Of a DNA stretch of 64,000 nucleotides, positions 10,856 to 20,970 are shown in pieces; the stretch's first letter is position 1, and every line of letters begins with the position of its first letter. The notes beneath the pieces are model-generated. The model did not search any database, had not been told where the DNA came from, and saw only the letters and a list, made by a program, of their open reading frames with translations. Source of the DNA: an uncultured Desulfosarcina sp. (GTDB taxonomy: Bacteria; Desulfobacterota; Desulfobacteria; Desulfobacterales; Desulfosarcinaceae); contig CAXXWQ010000004.1 in NCBI GenBank assembly GCA_963674945.2, forward strand, positions 896,001 through 960,000. The letters are read 5' to 3'. Position numbers and translations under genes: made by a program.

Positions 10856-11718
10856 AGGAACTGGTTGTCATAAGTGGCAAGGGTGGAACAGGGAAAACGA
10901 GTATATTGGCCGCCTTCGCTTCCCTGGCAAAGGGCAAGGTGCTTTGTGACGCGGATGTGGACGCGGCGGACCTTCATTTGATTATGAACCCGCAGATCAT
11001 CGAGCGCTATGATTTTGAGTCCGGTCATACCGCTATCATTAATCAGGAGAAATGCACCCGATGTGATCTTTGTCGAGATTTGTGCAGGTGGAACGCCATT
11101 AGCGATGATTTTGTGGTGGATTCCATCGCCTGTGAAGGTTGTGGTGTATGTCACTATTTCTGCCCTGAAGAAGCGATTGACTTTCCCCTGAGCACCTGCG
11201 GAGAATGGTTCATTTCCGAAACCCGTTTTGGCCCCATGGCACACGCCAGGTTGGGAATTGCTGAAGAAAACTCGGGCAAACTCGTAGTCCTTATCCGGCA
11301 GATAGGCAAGAAGCTTGCGGAAGAAAAAAACTTTAATTTGCTTCTCACTGACGGTCCTCCGGGGATCGGCTGTCCGGTGATCGCGTCGCTTGGCGGAGCC
11401 ACAGCGGTCCTAATCGTGACCGAACCCACGGTTTCCGGTAGGCACGACATGGAGCGAGTAGCCGAACTGGCCGCTTTTTTCAAAGTCCCTAGCATGGTCT
11501 GTGTCAATAAATTTGATCTCAATCCCGACCAGGGACAGGCTATTGAAGACTTTGCCCGAGAGAGACAGATAAGGGTGATGGGTCGAATTCCATTTGATCC
11601 CGTTTTTACAAGGGCGATGGTACAAGCGAAGACTATTTTCGAATATGACGGGCATTCTGCGGCTGCCGGGGCGGTCAAAAAGATTTGGGAAGATCTGGCA
11701 CACCATCTTGACATATAG
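10852..11718 (+). CDS. Second MinD-superfamily ATPase with ferredoxin insert
   Basis: SGKGGTGKT, DADVDAADL, two Cys clusters, DGPPGIGCP; ATGA overlap with the previous gene. Confidence 0.88.
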   Translation: MKELVVISGKGGTGKTSILAAFASLAKGKVLCDADVDAADLHLIMNPQIIERYDFESGHTAIINQEKCTRCDLCRDLCRWNAISDDFVVDSIACEGCGVCHYFCPEEAIDFPLSTCGEWFISETRFGPMAHARLGIAEENSGKLVVLIRQIGKKLAEEKNFNLLLTDGPPGIGCPVIASLGGATAVLIVTEPTVSGRHDMERVAELAAFFKVPSMVCVNKFDLNPDQGQAIEDFARERQIRVMGRIPFDPVFTRAMVQAKTIFEYDGHSAAAGAVKKIWEDLAHHLDI

Positions 11719-11781
11719 AATAATCGGGATTTTTCCTGTTTACCCAAGATAAAAATATCATTCACAAAGGAGATAAAAGCC

Positions 11782-12251
11782 ATGATCGAAATTAAAAAAA
11801 TACTACTCCCATGTGATTTGACGACAAATGCATCAAAAATTATTCCCTATGTGCTGTCTGTTGCTGAAAAATATAACAGCACGATTATCTACTTCATGTA
11901 GTAGAAGATCTTCATGGACTGGCCACTTACCCCTATCCTGGTTTGGGAAATGATCAAAAAATACATGAAAAAGCTGCTGAAAAAACCTTGCTGAAAAAAG
12001 TTGAAAAAATGTGTGATGAAGTATGTAATGAACATTTTCAGGGCTGTTTGAACATCAGAAAAATAATTGTTACAGGCCATCCGGTTGCTGAAATTCTAAA
12101 AGTGATTGAATCTGAAGATATTGATCTGATCATTATGGGCACGCATGGCCGAAGTAAAATGGAGCATGTGATTTTTGGGAGTGTAGCAGAAAATGTCGTC
12201 AAAAAATCACCTGTTCCCGTACTCACTATTAATCCTTACAAACTTAAATAG
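11782..12251 (+). pseudogene. Universal stress protein (UspA family), frameshifted at about 11886
   Basis: RBS then MIEIKKILLPCD...; adding one T at about 11886 restores TIYLLHVVED and joins DLIIMGTHGR...GSVAENVVKKSPVPVLTI. Confidence 0.8.
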
Positions 12252-12426
12252 TGTCCATCCATAAATGGCTAATTTGCCCGATATCGGCGTTGCGCGAAAA
12301 ATTTAATCCTCGGAATATCAACCATATGCCTCCGGTTAAATTTTTCGCACGCCTTCCGTCTTCGCCTGAAGGCTACGCCGAGACACGTGATCTCGACCAA
12401 ATTCTCCTATTTCTGGATGGACACTA
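12249..12426. repeat. MITE/REP-like long hairpin element with 13-bp terminal inverted repeats
   Basis: TAGTGTCCATCCA...TGGATGGACACTA; internal arms GCGAAAAATTTAA / TTAAATTTTTCGC. Confidence 0.75.
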
Positions 12427-12473
12427 AATAATCCAGTTCCCTTCATCTACCAAAAAAAACATCGGGAGATAGG

Positions 12474-13223
12474 ATGATGAAATTGACCCTATTGCGGCAC
12501 GGTGAAAGCGTATGGAATAGGGAAAACCGTTTTTCGGGGTGGACGGACGTCGATCTTTCCAGCCATGGCAGGATCGAAGCTCAAGAAGCCGGCAAGACGC
12601 TCAAATCCGAAGGCTACTGCTTCGATATCGCCTATACCTCAGTGCTCAAGCGCGCCATACGCACACTTTGGATTGTGCTGGATGAACTTGACCAAATGTG
12701 GATTCCTGTCGAGCGTTCGTGGCGGCTGAATGAGCGGCACTATGGTGCCCTGCAAGGCTTGAACAAGGCCGAGACCGCAAAGCGCTTTGGAGACGAACAG
12801 GTACTCCTTTGGCGAAGAAGCTATGATATCAAGCCCCCGGCCTTGGAGAAAACGGATGAACGATATCCGGTCCATGATCCGCGTTATCGGGAATTGGATG
12901 ATCGCGATTTACCGCTAACAGAGTGTCTAAAAGACACAGTCGAGCGCTTCTTGCTCTATTGGCACGCATTTATTGCACCTAACGTCAAAGTGGGAAAAAG
13001 AGCGATTATCGTAGCTCACGGCAACAGCCTACGGGCACTGGTGAAGTATCTCGATAATGTTTCAGACGAAGAGATTGTAGCATTGAATATTCCTACCGGA
13101 ATACCGTTGGTATATGAGTTGGATAAGGAGCTGCGGCCTATCAAACATTACTATTTGGGGGATGCAGAATATGTAGAGCAGGCAACGAAGGCTGTAGCGG
13201 ACCAGGGCAAGCTCGATAGATAG
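12474..13223 (+). CDS. gpmA: 2,3-bisphosphoglycerate-dependent phosphoglycerate mutase
   Basis: [29 protein letters not shown]. Confidence 0.95.
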   Translation: MMKLTLLRHGESVWNRENRFSGWTDVDLSSHGRIEAQEAGKTLKSEGYCFDIAYTSVLKRAIRTLWIVLDELDQMWIPVERSWRLNERHYGALQGLNKAETAKRFGDEQVLLWRRSYDIKPPALEKTDERYPVHDPRYRELDDRDLPLTECLKDTVERFLLYWHAFIAPNVKVGKRAIIVAHGNSLRALVKYLDNVSDEEIVALNIPTGIPLVYELDKELRPIKHYYLGDAEYVEQATKAVADQGKLDR

Positions 13224-13304
13224 GTAAGGTCAGCCAACAAGGTGGATGCAGACGACGGCAAATTAGCGGTCGCTATCGTTCGCAGCAGAAAGGAGGTGAT
13301 TCAT

Positions 13305-13445
13305 ATGCCAAATAAAGATGGAACCGGACCAAAAGGTCAGGGACCGAAAGACGGTCATGGTAAAGGTAAGGGCCAGGGCAAGGGCCTTGGTCAAGGTTCG
13401 ATGACTGGCGGAAAGAAAGGAATTAAGAAAGAAACCAAAAAGTAA
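13305..13445 (+). CDS. Small Gly/Lys-rich protein, DUF5320-like
   Basis: Strong RBS AGGAGGTG; MPxxDGTGPxGxGP N-terminus. Confidence 0.65.
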   Translation: MPNKDGTGPKGQGPKDGHGKGKGQGKGLGQGSMTGGKKGIKKETKK

Positions 13446-13594
13446 GCCAGGTTTAAGAACGAGAATTGAGGGCTTGCGGACAATCGCATCAGCGCCAACC
13501 AAAAAGGCCGGGGCTAACATTATTGCTGGTTTTCATGTCATGTGGTCCGGCCTTTTTTGGCTGGTTATGCGGCGTTACTGTATGAAGCAACAAA

Positions 13595-13745
13595 GATGGC
13601 TTCGTAAAAAGTCCAATATCTGCGTTGCGCTGCATCCTTCGGAATTTCACGTACTTCCATGTACGCTGTATTCCTCAGGATTTGCGCGCCTTGATCTTGA
13701 ACTTTTTACTTTGCCATCCAAATTTCGACTTTTTACGAGTTCATC
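13595..13745. repeat. MITE-like element with imperfect terminal inverted repeats
   Basis: GATGGCTTCGTAAAAAGTC ... GACTTTTTACGAGTTCATC; internal hairpin; non-coding. Confidence 0.7.
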
Positions 13746-13769
13746 AATAAAAGAGAAGGGGAATTACCC

Positions 13770-14792
13770 ATGAACAGCGATAAACTCAGATCAGTAGCAA
13801 AAGCCATCGTCTCGAAACAGAAGGGCGTGCTGGCGGCGGACGAAAGCAATCCCACGATCAAGAAGCGCTTCGATTCAATCGAAGTCGAATCCACCGAAGA
13901 AAATCGCCGGCGGTACCGCGAAATCCTTTTTACAACCGAAGGGATTGAACGCTATGTCGGAGGTGTGATTCTCTTCGACGAAACGCTGCGCCAAAGCACC
14001 CGAGATGGCACTCCCTTTGCCGAGTTACTGTCGAGCCGGGGGATTGTACCGGGTATCAAGGTGGACAAAGGCGCTAAAGCGCTGGCATTGTACCCTGAAG
14101 AAAAAATCGCCGAGGGGCTTGACGGCCTTCGCGAGCGGCTCGTCGAGTACAAACAGATGGGGGCTAAGTTCGCGAAGTGGCGGGCGGTTATTGATATCAA
14201 CGAGCGCGATGTTCCTACCGCGTTCGGTATTCGTGCGAATGCCCACGCATTGGCGCGTTACGCCGCGCTCTGCCAAGAAATGGATATCGTGCCGATCGTA
14301 GAGCCGGAAGTGCTCATGGATGGTGCCCACGACATCGAACGCTGCGAAGCTGTCACATCCAGGGTTCTCGATGCCGTGTTCACCGAGCTTGATGCCCATC
14401 GCGTGCTGTTCGAGGGTATGTTGCTAAAGCCGAATATGGTTATTGGGGGCATGAAATGCGCGCGTCAGGAAAGTGTGCAGCGGGTTGCCGAGGCCACGAT
14501 TCGTTGCATGATCCGCTATGTGCCGGCGGCTGTCCCTGGAATCGTATTCCTCTCCGGTGGGCAGAGCGCGGAAGACGCCACTGACCACCTGAACGCTATA
14601 AACATAATGGGCCCACATCCGTGGCAAGTCAGTTTCTCTTATGGACGTGCGCTGCAAGCACCGGTGCTTGCCACCTGGAAAGGTCAGGAAAGCAATATGG
14701 CTGCCGCTCAGAAAACGTTATTAAAACGCTGTCGCTTAAACGGTCTAGCTCGCGACGGAAAGTATGCTCGGGCAATGGAAATTGATGGATAA
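13770..14792 (+). CDS. Class I fructose-bisphosphate aldolase (eukaryote-like type)
   Basis: GVLAADES, GIKVDKG, FAKWRAV, VPIVEPEV, LLKPNMV, FSYGRALQ. Confidence 0.93.
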   Translation: MNSDKLRSVAKAIVSKQKGVLAADESNPTIKKRFDSIEVESTEENRRRYREILFTTEGIERYVGGVILFDETLRQSTRDGTPFAELLSSRGIVPGIKVDKGAKALALYPEEKIAEGLDGLRERLVEYKQMGAKFAKWRAVIDINERDVPTAFGIRANAHALARYAALCQEMDIVPIVEPEVLMDGAHDIERCEAVTSRVLDAVFTELDAHRVLFEGMLLKPNMVIGGMKCARQESVQRVAEATIRCMIRYVPAAVPGIVFLSGGQSAEDATDHLNAINIMGPHPWQVSFSYGRALQAPVLATWKGQESNMAAAQKTLLKRCRLNGLARDGKYARAMEIDG

Positions 14793-14863
14793 TCAGCATG
14801 ATTTGAAAAGAAGTTAAACTTGAATGGTCATGAATATTCATCATAAGACGAAAGGCGAAACGT

Positions 14864-15265
14864 ATGAAAACAAACATGGGGTTATGGATAGATCATCGCA
14901 AGGCGGTGATTGTGGCAGTTTCGGGCGAGGGGGAGGAATCAAGCGTTATCGAATCAAAGGCGGAAAAACAGCCCGGACGGTTTGACGGGGTACGTTCGAC
15001 TACCCCCTATGAAGCTCAGAAGGTTCAAGCCGATGGCAGACAGGATATAAAATTCGCCGACAAACTCAACATCTACTACGATGAGGTCATTTCGGTTCTT
15101 CGTGACGCCGAATCCATTTTTCTTTTTGGTCCTGGAGAGGCAAAAGGTGAGCTGAAAAAACGTTTAGAAGATGACCATCTCGGTAACCTCATCCAAGCTG
15201 TGGAAACTGTTGATAAGATGACGGATCGCCAGATTGCAGCGAAAGTCCGGGAGTATTTTAACTAA
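14864..15265 (+). CDS. Small eRF1-domain-2-like / baeRF-type hypothetical protein
   Basis: GLWIDHRKAVIV and FGPGEAKGEL motifs. Confidence 0.6.
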   Translation: MKTNMGLWIDHRKAVIVAVSGEGEESSVIESKAEKQPGRFDGVRSTTPYEAQKVQADGRQDIKFADKLNIYYDEVISVLRDAESIFLFGPGEAKGELKKRLEDDHLGNLIQAVETVDKMTDRQIAAKVREYFN

Positions 15266-15362
15266 AACTGCCATCAGCTATTCACGCATCTGAAGCGGCC
15301 ACGAACTCGTTTTCAGCTTTGGGATGTCCAAGGAATTCAAAAATACAGGAGGACAGGAAACC

Positions 15363-16784
15363 ATGCGACTATACCTGATCAACCCATCCAATCCGCTTGT
15401 CAGCATCGCCAAAGCCAGAAAGAACCGCTGGAGCCGGTACCGTGTGTGGAAACCGCTTAGCCTGATGGTTCTTGCCGGACTGACGCCTTCGCAGTGGGAG
15501 ATCTGCATTGTGGACGAGAACCTTGGCGTGCCGGACTATACTTCCATGCCTCGGCCGGACCTGGTGGGCATTACCGCTTTTACTTCTCAAGCAAACCGCG
15601 CCTATGAAGTATCCAATCTCTTCCGGCGATTGGGCGTGCCGGTGGTGATGGGCGGCATTCACGCCACAATGTGTCTGGAAGAAGCAATGGCGCGTGTGGG
15701 CACGGTCGTCACCGGGGAAGCGGAGGGCATCTGGCCGCGGGTCATTGAGGATGCGATGCGCGGTTGCTTGAAACGCAGGTATGACGGCGGGCTGGCCGAG
15801 ATCAGCGATGTCCCGTTGGCCCGTCATGATTTGTTGCCCTCGGGTTATGCTTTCGGAGCCGTGCAGACCACGCGCGGCTGTCCATTGAACTGCAATTTTT
15901 GCAGCGTGACGGCCTTCAATGGGGCTCACTACCGTCAGCGACCCATTGCCGATGTTGTGCGCGAATTCCAGTCCATCCGTGAAAAACATGTGCTGGTGGT
16001 GGACGACAACCTCGTGGGCACGCGTCCTGAACACATCGACCGCGCCAAGGATCTGTTTCGGGCCCTGGCACGGGCGAACCTTGGAAAGAAATGGGTTGCC
16101 CAGGCCTCCATCAATTTCGCCGATGACGAAGAGCTGCTAACGCTGGCCGAAAAGGCCGGTTGCAGCGGTGTTTTCATCGGATTTGAAACCCCATCGCCGG
16201 AAGGACTGAGGGAGCTCGGCAAGAAATTCAATCTTATGAAGGGACGCGATTTTCCAGCCTCGGTGCGGCGTATCCAACGGCACCACATGCTGGTCGTTGG
16301 TTCCTTTATCATCGGTTTGGATATTGATAAACCGGGCATCGGCAAACATATCGCCACGACGGCCCGCCGGTTCGGTGTGGATAATCTCAATACGCTGTTT
16401 CTGACCCCTCTGCCCGGCACGCGTCTGTGGGGCCGGATGAAATCTCAGGACCGCATCAGCCTGAATACGTTCCCCGCAGACTGGAAATATTACACCCTGA
16501 CCTTTCCGGTGGTCCGATATAAGCATCTGTCTCTGGACGGTATTATCGAAGAGATGAGCGCCTGCGACCGAAACTTCTACTCCCTACCGCGAATTCTCGG
16601 CAGGGTGTGGCGCAACTTGCGGCAACGACGAGAGCCGCTGATCAGCCTGGTGGGCAACCTTTCATATCGGAGAAATTTGCATACGAACAAAAAATTATAT
16701 GTGGAATTCACATCGGCCGTAAAAGCACAGGCCGTCGAATCGGCACACGGCTTTTTACATTCGCAAAACAGAGTACTTACTTAG
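15363..16784 (+). CDS. B12-binding domain radical SAM protein
   Basis: GGIHAT, TGEAEG, RGCPLNCNFC (CxxxCxxC), TPLPGT; RBS before 15363. Confidence 0.88.
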   Translation: MRLYLINPSNPLVSIAKARKNRWSRYRVWKPLSLMVLAGLTPSQWEICIVDENLGVPDYTSMPRPDLVGITAFTSQANRAYEVSNLFRRLGVPVVMGGIHATMCLEEAMARVGTVVTGEAEGIWPRVIEDAMRGCLKRRYDGGLAEISDVPLARHDLLPSGYAFGAVQTTRGCPLNCNFCSVTAFNGAHYRQRPIADVVREFQSIREKHVLVVDDNLVGTRPEHIDRAKDLFRALARANLGKKWVAQASINFADDEELLTLAEKAGCSGVFIGFETPSPEGLRELGKKFNLMKGRDFPASVRRIQRHHMLVVGSFIIGLDIDKPGIGKHIATTARRFGVDNLNTLFLTPLPGTRLWGRMKSQDRISLNTFPADWKYYTLTFPVVRYKHLSLDGIIEEMSACDRNFYSLPRILGRVWRNLRQRREPLISLVGNLSYRRNLHTNKKLYVEFTSAVKAQAVESAHGFLHSQNRVLT

Positions 16785-16849
16785 ATGCAAAATTCAAGGA
16801 GACAAAATTTGCCGCTTTGTGAAAAGACGCGCGACCTATACAAAAAAAT

Positions 16850-19135
16850 ATGGAAAATATTCAGATGCTTTCCAATTCCCGTCAAATTGTAAATGAGCTC
16901 AACAACACAGCGCAATTAGAGGAAGCACTATCGCTGGTCGTGCGACGGTCTAAATCGTCCATGGATGCGGATGCCTGTTCCGTCTATATGATTGATACAC
17001 AATCCGACAAGTATCTTTTGATGGCAACGGATGGGGCGATCTGCGCCGCTACTGACAAGGCACGTATAAACCGCGAGGAGGGATTGGTGGGCTGGATCGT
17101 TACGCATGAAGAAGCCATCAACCTGTCCAATGGTGCCGATCATCCCGGTTTTAAGCATATTCCGGAGAGCGGAGATGAACCCTTTCACGGTTTTATGGGT
17201 GCGCCCATCATTCATCATGGCCGCGTGTTGGGCGTCATGGTGGCCCGGAAGTTTGAGCGGCGACGTTTTGACAATGACGAGGCGGCATTTTTTACTACTC
17301 TGGCAACCCAGCTAGGCGGTGCCATCGGTCATCTTTTAACGAAATGGGATTTCAGTAGACGGCTCAACGGGCCATCGATTGGAAGAATGGTTATAAAGGG
17401 CGTGCCCTGTGCGCCGGGTGTGGCCATCGGCCATCTGGTCCCGGCACAACCCGTGGATCTGCAATCAACACCCGACCGCAGCGCACCGGATATCGAGACG
17501 GAGGAGAAGGCTTTCCAGGTTGCTGTTTCGGCAGCCAAACAAGACCTTCGCGCAAGCAGCGAACGCATGGGTGCCTACCTGCCCGCCGAAGTACTATCTC
17601 TATTTGATGCTTACGCAATGCTGCTTGAGTCCGACCGGCTGAATGCAGGGACGGTTGCACGGATTCGAAACGGGCAATGGGCGCGCGGCGCTTTAAGGGA
17701 TACCATTTTAGAACTTACCCACGTTTTCGAGCAGATGGATGATCCATATATTGCTGCACGTGCCGAAGATATTCGCAACATCGGCCGGCACATTCTGATC
17801 CAATTACAGGGATCCGCACCTACATCCGGAGAGTATCCAAAGCAGTGCATTCTTGCGGGCATTGAGCTCAGTTTAGCTGAAATTTCCAACGTACCGCGGG
17901 AACGGCTGGCCGGTATCATTTGTATGAAAGGAACAGCCTTATCCCATACCGCGATCATTTGCCGTGCCTTGGGTATTCCCGCCGTCATGGGGCTGACCGA
18001 TCTTGCCATGGGCTATTTGGAGGCGTGTGAAATCGCCGTTGACGGCAACCGAGGGGTCGTGTGCATCAACCCTTTGCCTGCGGATATCAATGAGTTTCAA
18101 CAACGCATGCAAGAAGAACAAGTCATATCGGCGCAACTGGAAACCCTTCGCGATCTGCCCGCCGAAACCTTGGATGGTGTATCGCTTCCTTTGTATGTCA
18201 ATCTGGGCATCGGCACCGATGATGTGATTCCAGGTATCGCGGAATATGAGGGTATAGGCCTTTATCGCACCGAGTTCTTCTTTATCGCGCGCAACACGCT
18301 GCCCACAGAAGACGAACAATATCGTCTTTACCGCAATTTACTCAAATCCTTAGCACCGAAACCGGTGACCATTCGTACCCTTGATGCCGGCGGCGACAAG
18401 GCGCTGCCTTTTTTTACCATTGCTGAAACCAATCCTTTTCTGGGTTGGCGCGGGATTCGTTTCACCCTCGATCATCCCGAGATATTTCTGACTCAGTTGC
18501 GGGCGCTGTTGCGGGCCAATGCCGGGTTGAATAACTTGCAGATCCTTTTACCCATGATCAGCAGGATCAGCGAAGTCGATGATACTTTGGGGCTATTGGA
18601 GCGCGCCTATTTGGATCTCACGGCGGAGGGCCTTGCCGCTTCAAAACCGCAACTCGGCGCCATGATCGAAGTGCCTTCGGCAGTCTATCTAATCAGCGCG
18701 CTGTCAAAGCGTGTAAATTTCTTCTCAATCGGGACCAATGATTTAACCCAGTATCTCCTCGCCGTGGACAGAAACAATCCTCGGGTTCAGGGTTTCTATG
18801 ACAATTTGCACACTGCCGTTATTCATGTCATCCAGGATATCGTTCAAAGCGCCCATCTTGAAAACAGGCCGGTGGGCGTATGCGGCGAAATGGCAGGGGA
18901 TCCGGCTTCCGCGCTTCTGCTTTTGGGCATGGGGGTCGACTCGCTTAGCATGAACCCATCCAGCCTTCCGAGGGTTAAATGGACCATCCGCAGTTTCACC
19001 ATGGAGCAAGCGCGCGGGCTTGCCGATAAAGCGTTGAAAATCGAAAATGAAGCGCATACCCACCAGTTGCTTGACGATGCATTGCGAGCAACAGGCCTTG
19101 GTGCGCTTGCCGGCATAAAACCCAGAGACGAATAA
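16850..19135 (+). CDS. ptsP: GAF-domain phosphoenolpyruvate-protein phosphotransferase (EI-Ntr)
   Basis: N-terminal GAF, phospho-His motif LSHTAI, GIGLYRTEF, NPFLGWRGIR, SIGTNDLTQY. Confidence 0.9.
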   Translation: MENIQMLSNSRQIVNELNNTAQLEEALSLVVRRSKSSMDADACSVYMIDTQSDKYLLMATDGAICAATDKARINREEGLVGWIVTHEEAINLSNGADHPGFKHIPESGDEPFHGFMGAPIIHHGRVLGVMVARKFERRRFDNDEAAFFTTLATQLGGAIGHLLTKWDFSRRLNGPSIGRMVIKGVPCAPGVAIGHLVPAQPVDLQSTPDRSAPDIETEEKAFQVAVSAAKQDLRASSERMGAYLPAEVLSLFDAYAMLLESDRLNAGTVARIRNGQWARGALRDTILELTHVFEQMDDPYIAARAEDIRNIGRHILIQLQGSAPTSGEYPKQCILAGIELSLAEISNVPRERLAGIICMKGTALSHTAIICRALGIPAVMGLTDLAMGYLEACEIAVDGNRGVVCINPLPADINEFQQRMQEEQVISAQLETLRDLPAETLDGVSLPLYVNLGIGTDDVIPGIAEYEGIGLYRTEFFFIARNTLPTEDEQYRLYRNLLKSLAPKPVTIRTLDAGGDKALPFFTIAETNPFLGWRGIRFTLDHPEIFLTQLRALLRANAGLNNLQILLPMISRISEVDDTLGLLERAYLDLTAEGLAASKPQLGAMIEVPSAVYLISALSKRVNFFSIGTNDLTQYLLAVDRNNPRVQGFYDNLHTAVIHVIQDIVQSAHLENRPVGVCGEMAGDPASALLLLGMGVDSLSMNPSSLPRVKWTIRSFTMEQARGLADKALKIENEAHTHQLLDDALRATGLGALAGIKPRDE

Positions 19136-19258
19136 ACAAAACAGCGAACTCAAAAAGGGGTCATATTCGGCCACTTGGGTAAAGGTTACTTTATTTATAT
19201 GCCCGTTAATGTCCGATCTGAAAGTACTTTTGAAACTAATTTTAGGAGTGACCAGTCC

Positions 19259-20884
19259 ATGACATTAATCAAAAATATTCAACACCTATTTCCACGGAGC
19301 ACTGATATACCGGAATCCCATGTAAGAGATATTCCCTGGATTCAGACCGGCTATCTCGTCAACGGTGAGATTCGGGCCTGGAACGGTCCACGCCGGGAAG
19401 TGCTCTCTCCCGTTTGGGTGGCCGACGACAATGGTCCCACACCCTTTTTCGTTGGTGAATATCCACTGTTGACGGAAAAGGAGGCGTTTCAGGCCCTCGA
19501 TGCGGCGGTTGCCGCCTATGATCATGGGCGGGGCTTGTGGCCTACCCTGTCCGTGGCCGAACACATCGAACATATGGAACGCTTCGTTTTCCGGATGATT
19601 GAAGCCAAGGACCCGGTCGTGCGATTTCTGATGTGGGAGGTAGGGAAATCCCTTCAGGATTCGGAAAAGGAATTTGACCGCACGATTAAATACATTAACG
19701 ACACCCTTGCCGCGCTGAAAGACCTGGATCGAATTTCTTCCCGGTTCACCATCGAGGAGGGAATCATCGGCCAGATCCGGCGCGCACCCTTGGGTGTTGT
19801 GCTCTGCATGGGACCGTTCAATTATCCGCTCAACGAGACTTTCACCACGATGATACCCGCGCTTATCATGGGCAACACCGTCATCCTGAAGCCGCCCAAG
19901 CACGGTGCGCTGCTTTACGCACCGCTTCTGGAAACCTTCCGCGATGTTTTCCCGAAAGGCGTCATCAACGTCATCTATGGTGAGGGGAGAAAAGTGATTC
20001 CTCCGCTCATGGCATCCGGCAGGATCAACGTGCTGGGTTTGATAGGCACGAGCAAGACGGCAAACGAATTGAAAAGACTACATCCCAACCCCAATCGCCT
20101 GCGCTGTGTGCTGGGGTTGGAGGCAAAGAATCCGGCCATTGTTTTAAAAGATGCCGATCTCGATCTGGCCGTGCGGGAATGCGTTCTCGGCTGCCTTTCC
20201 TTTAACGGGCAGCGCTGCACTGCCCTTAAGATTATTTTCGTTGAAGCCGGTATCGCGGGCGCGTTTCTCGACCGCTTCGCCGCAGCCGTTAATGCGCTGC
20301 CCTTTGGGATGCCATGGCAGGAAGGGGTTTTCCTGACACCGGTCGCGGAAAAAGGAAAGGCGGATTACCTGCGGGAACTGGTTACGGACGCTGTGGCCAA
20401 AGGCGCCCGGGTCGTGAATCCGGCAGGAGGAACGGTTTGCGGCAGCTTCTTTTTTCCTGCCGTCCTGTATCCGGTCAACCCTGACATGAAAGTGTATCAT
20501 GAAGAGCAGTTCGGACCGGTGATTCCAGCCCTGCCCTTCGATAAGATCGATGAACCCATCGCGTACATGATCGATTCCAGCTACGGCCAGCAGGTCAGCA
20601 TTTTCGGCAGCGATCCGGACCAGATTGCACGATTGATCGACCCGCTGGTCAACCAGGTTTGCCGGGTCAACATCAACAGCCAGTGCCAGCGGGGACCGGA
20701 CACGTTTCCCTTCACGGGACGAAAGGATTCCGCTGAAGGAACCCTTTCCGTATCCGACGCCTTGCGGGTATTTTCCATCCGGACCCTGGTCGCCGCCAAG
20801 CAGACGGAATTGAACAAACAGATCATCACCCGTATTGTGCGGGATCATAAAAGCAAATTTCTGGCGACTGACTTCATTTTGTAA
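19259..20884 (+). CDS. gapN: GapN-type aldehyde dehydrogenase, copy 2 (complete)
   Basis: Same motifs as copy 1; AGGAG RBS before ATG 19259. Confidence 0.88.
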   Translation: MTLIKNIQHLFPRSTDIPESHVRDIPWIQTGYLVNGEIRAWNGPRREVLSPVWVADDNGPTPFFVGEYPLLTEKEAFQALDAAVAAYDHGRGLWPTLSVAEHIEHMERFVFRMIEAKDPVVRFLMWEVGKSLQDSEKEFDRTIKYINDTLAALKDLDRISSRFTIEEGIIGQIRRAPLGVVLCMGPFNYPLNETFTTMIPALIMGNTVILKPPKHGALLYAPLLETFRDVFPKGVINVIYGEGRKVIPPLMASGRINVLGLIGTSKTANELKRLHPNPNRLRCVLGLEAKNPAIVLKDADLDLAVRECVLGCLSFNGQRCTALKIIFVEAGIAGAFLDRFAAAVNALPFGMPWQEGVFLTPVAEKGKADYLRELVTDAVAKGARVVNPAGGTVCGSFFFPAVLYPVNPDMKVYHEEQFGPVIPALPFDKIDEPIAYMIDSSYGQQVSIFGSDPDQIARLIDPLVNQVCRVNINSQCQRGPDTFPFTGRKDSAEGTLSVSDALRVFSIRTLVAAKQTELNKQIITRIVRDHKSKFLATDFIL

Positions 20885-20970
20885 TTGAGAGGATTTCATG
20901 CCTGTTTCAGATTGCGAGACCTATTGTAAAATGTTGGACCGGGCTATGGAGAAGAACAAAGGTTTCAAGG

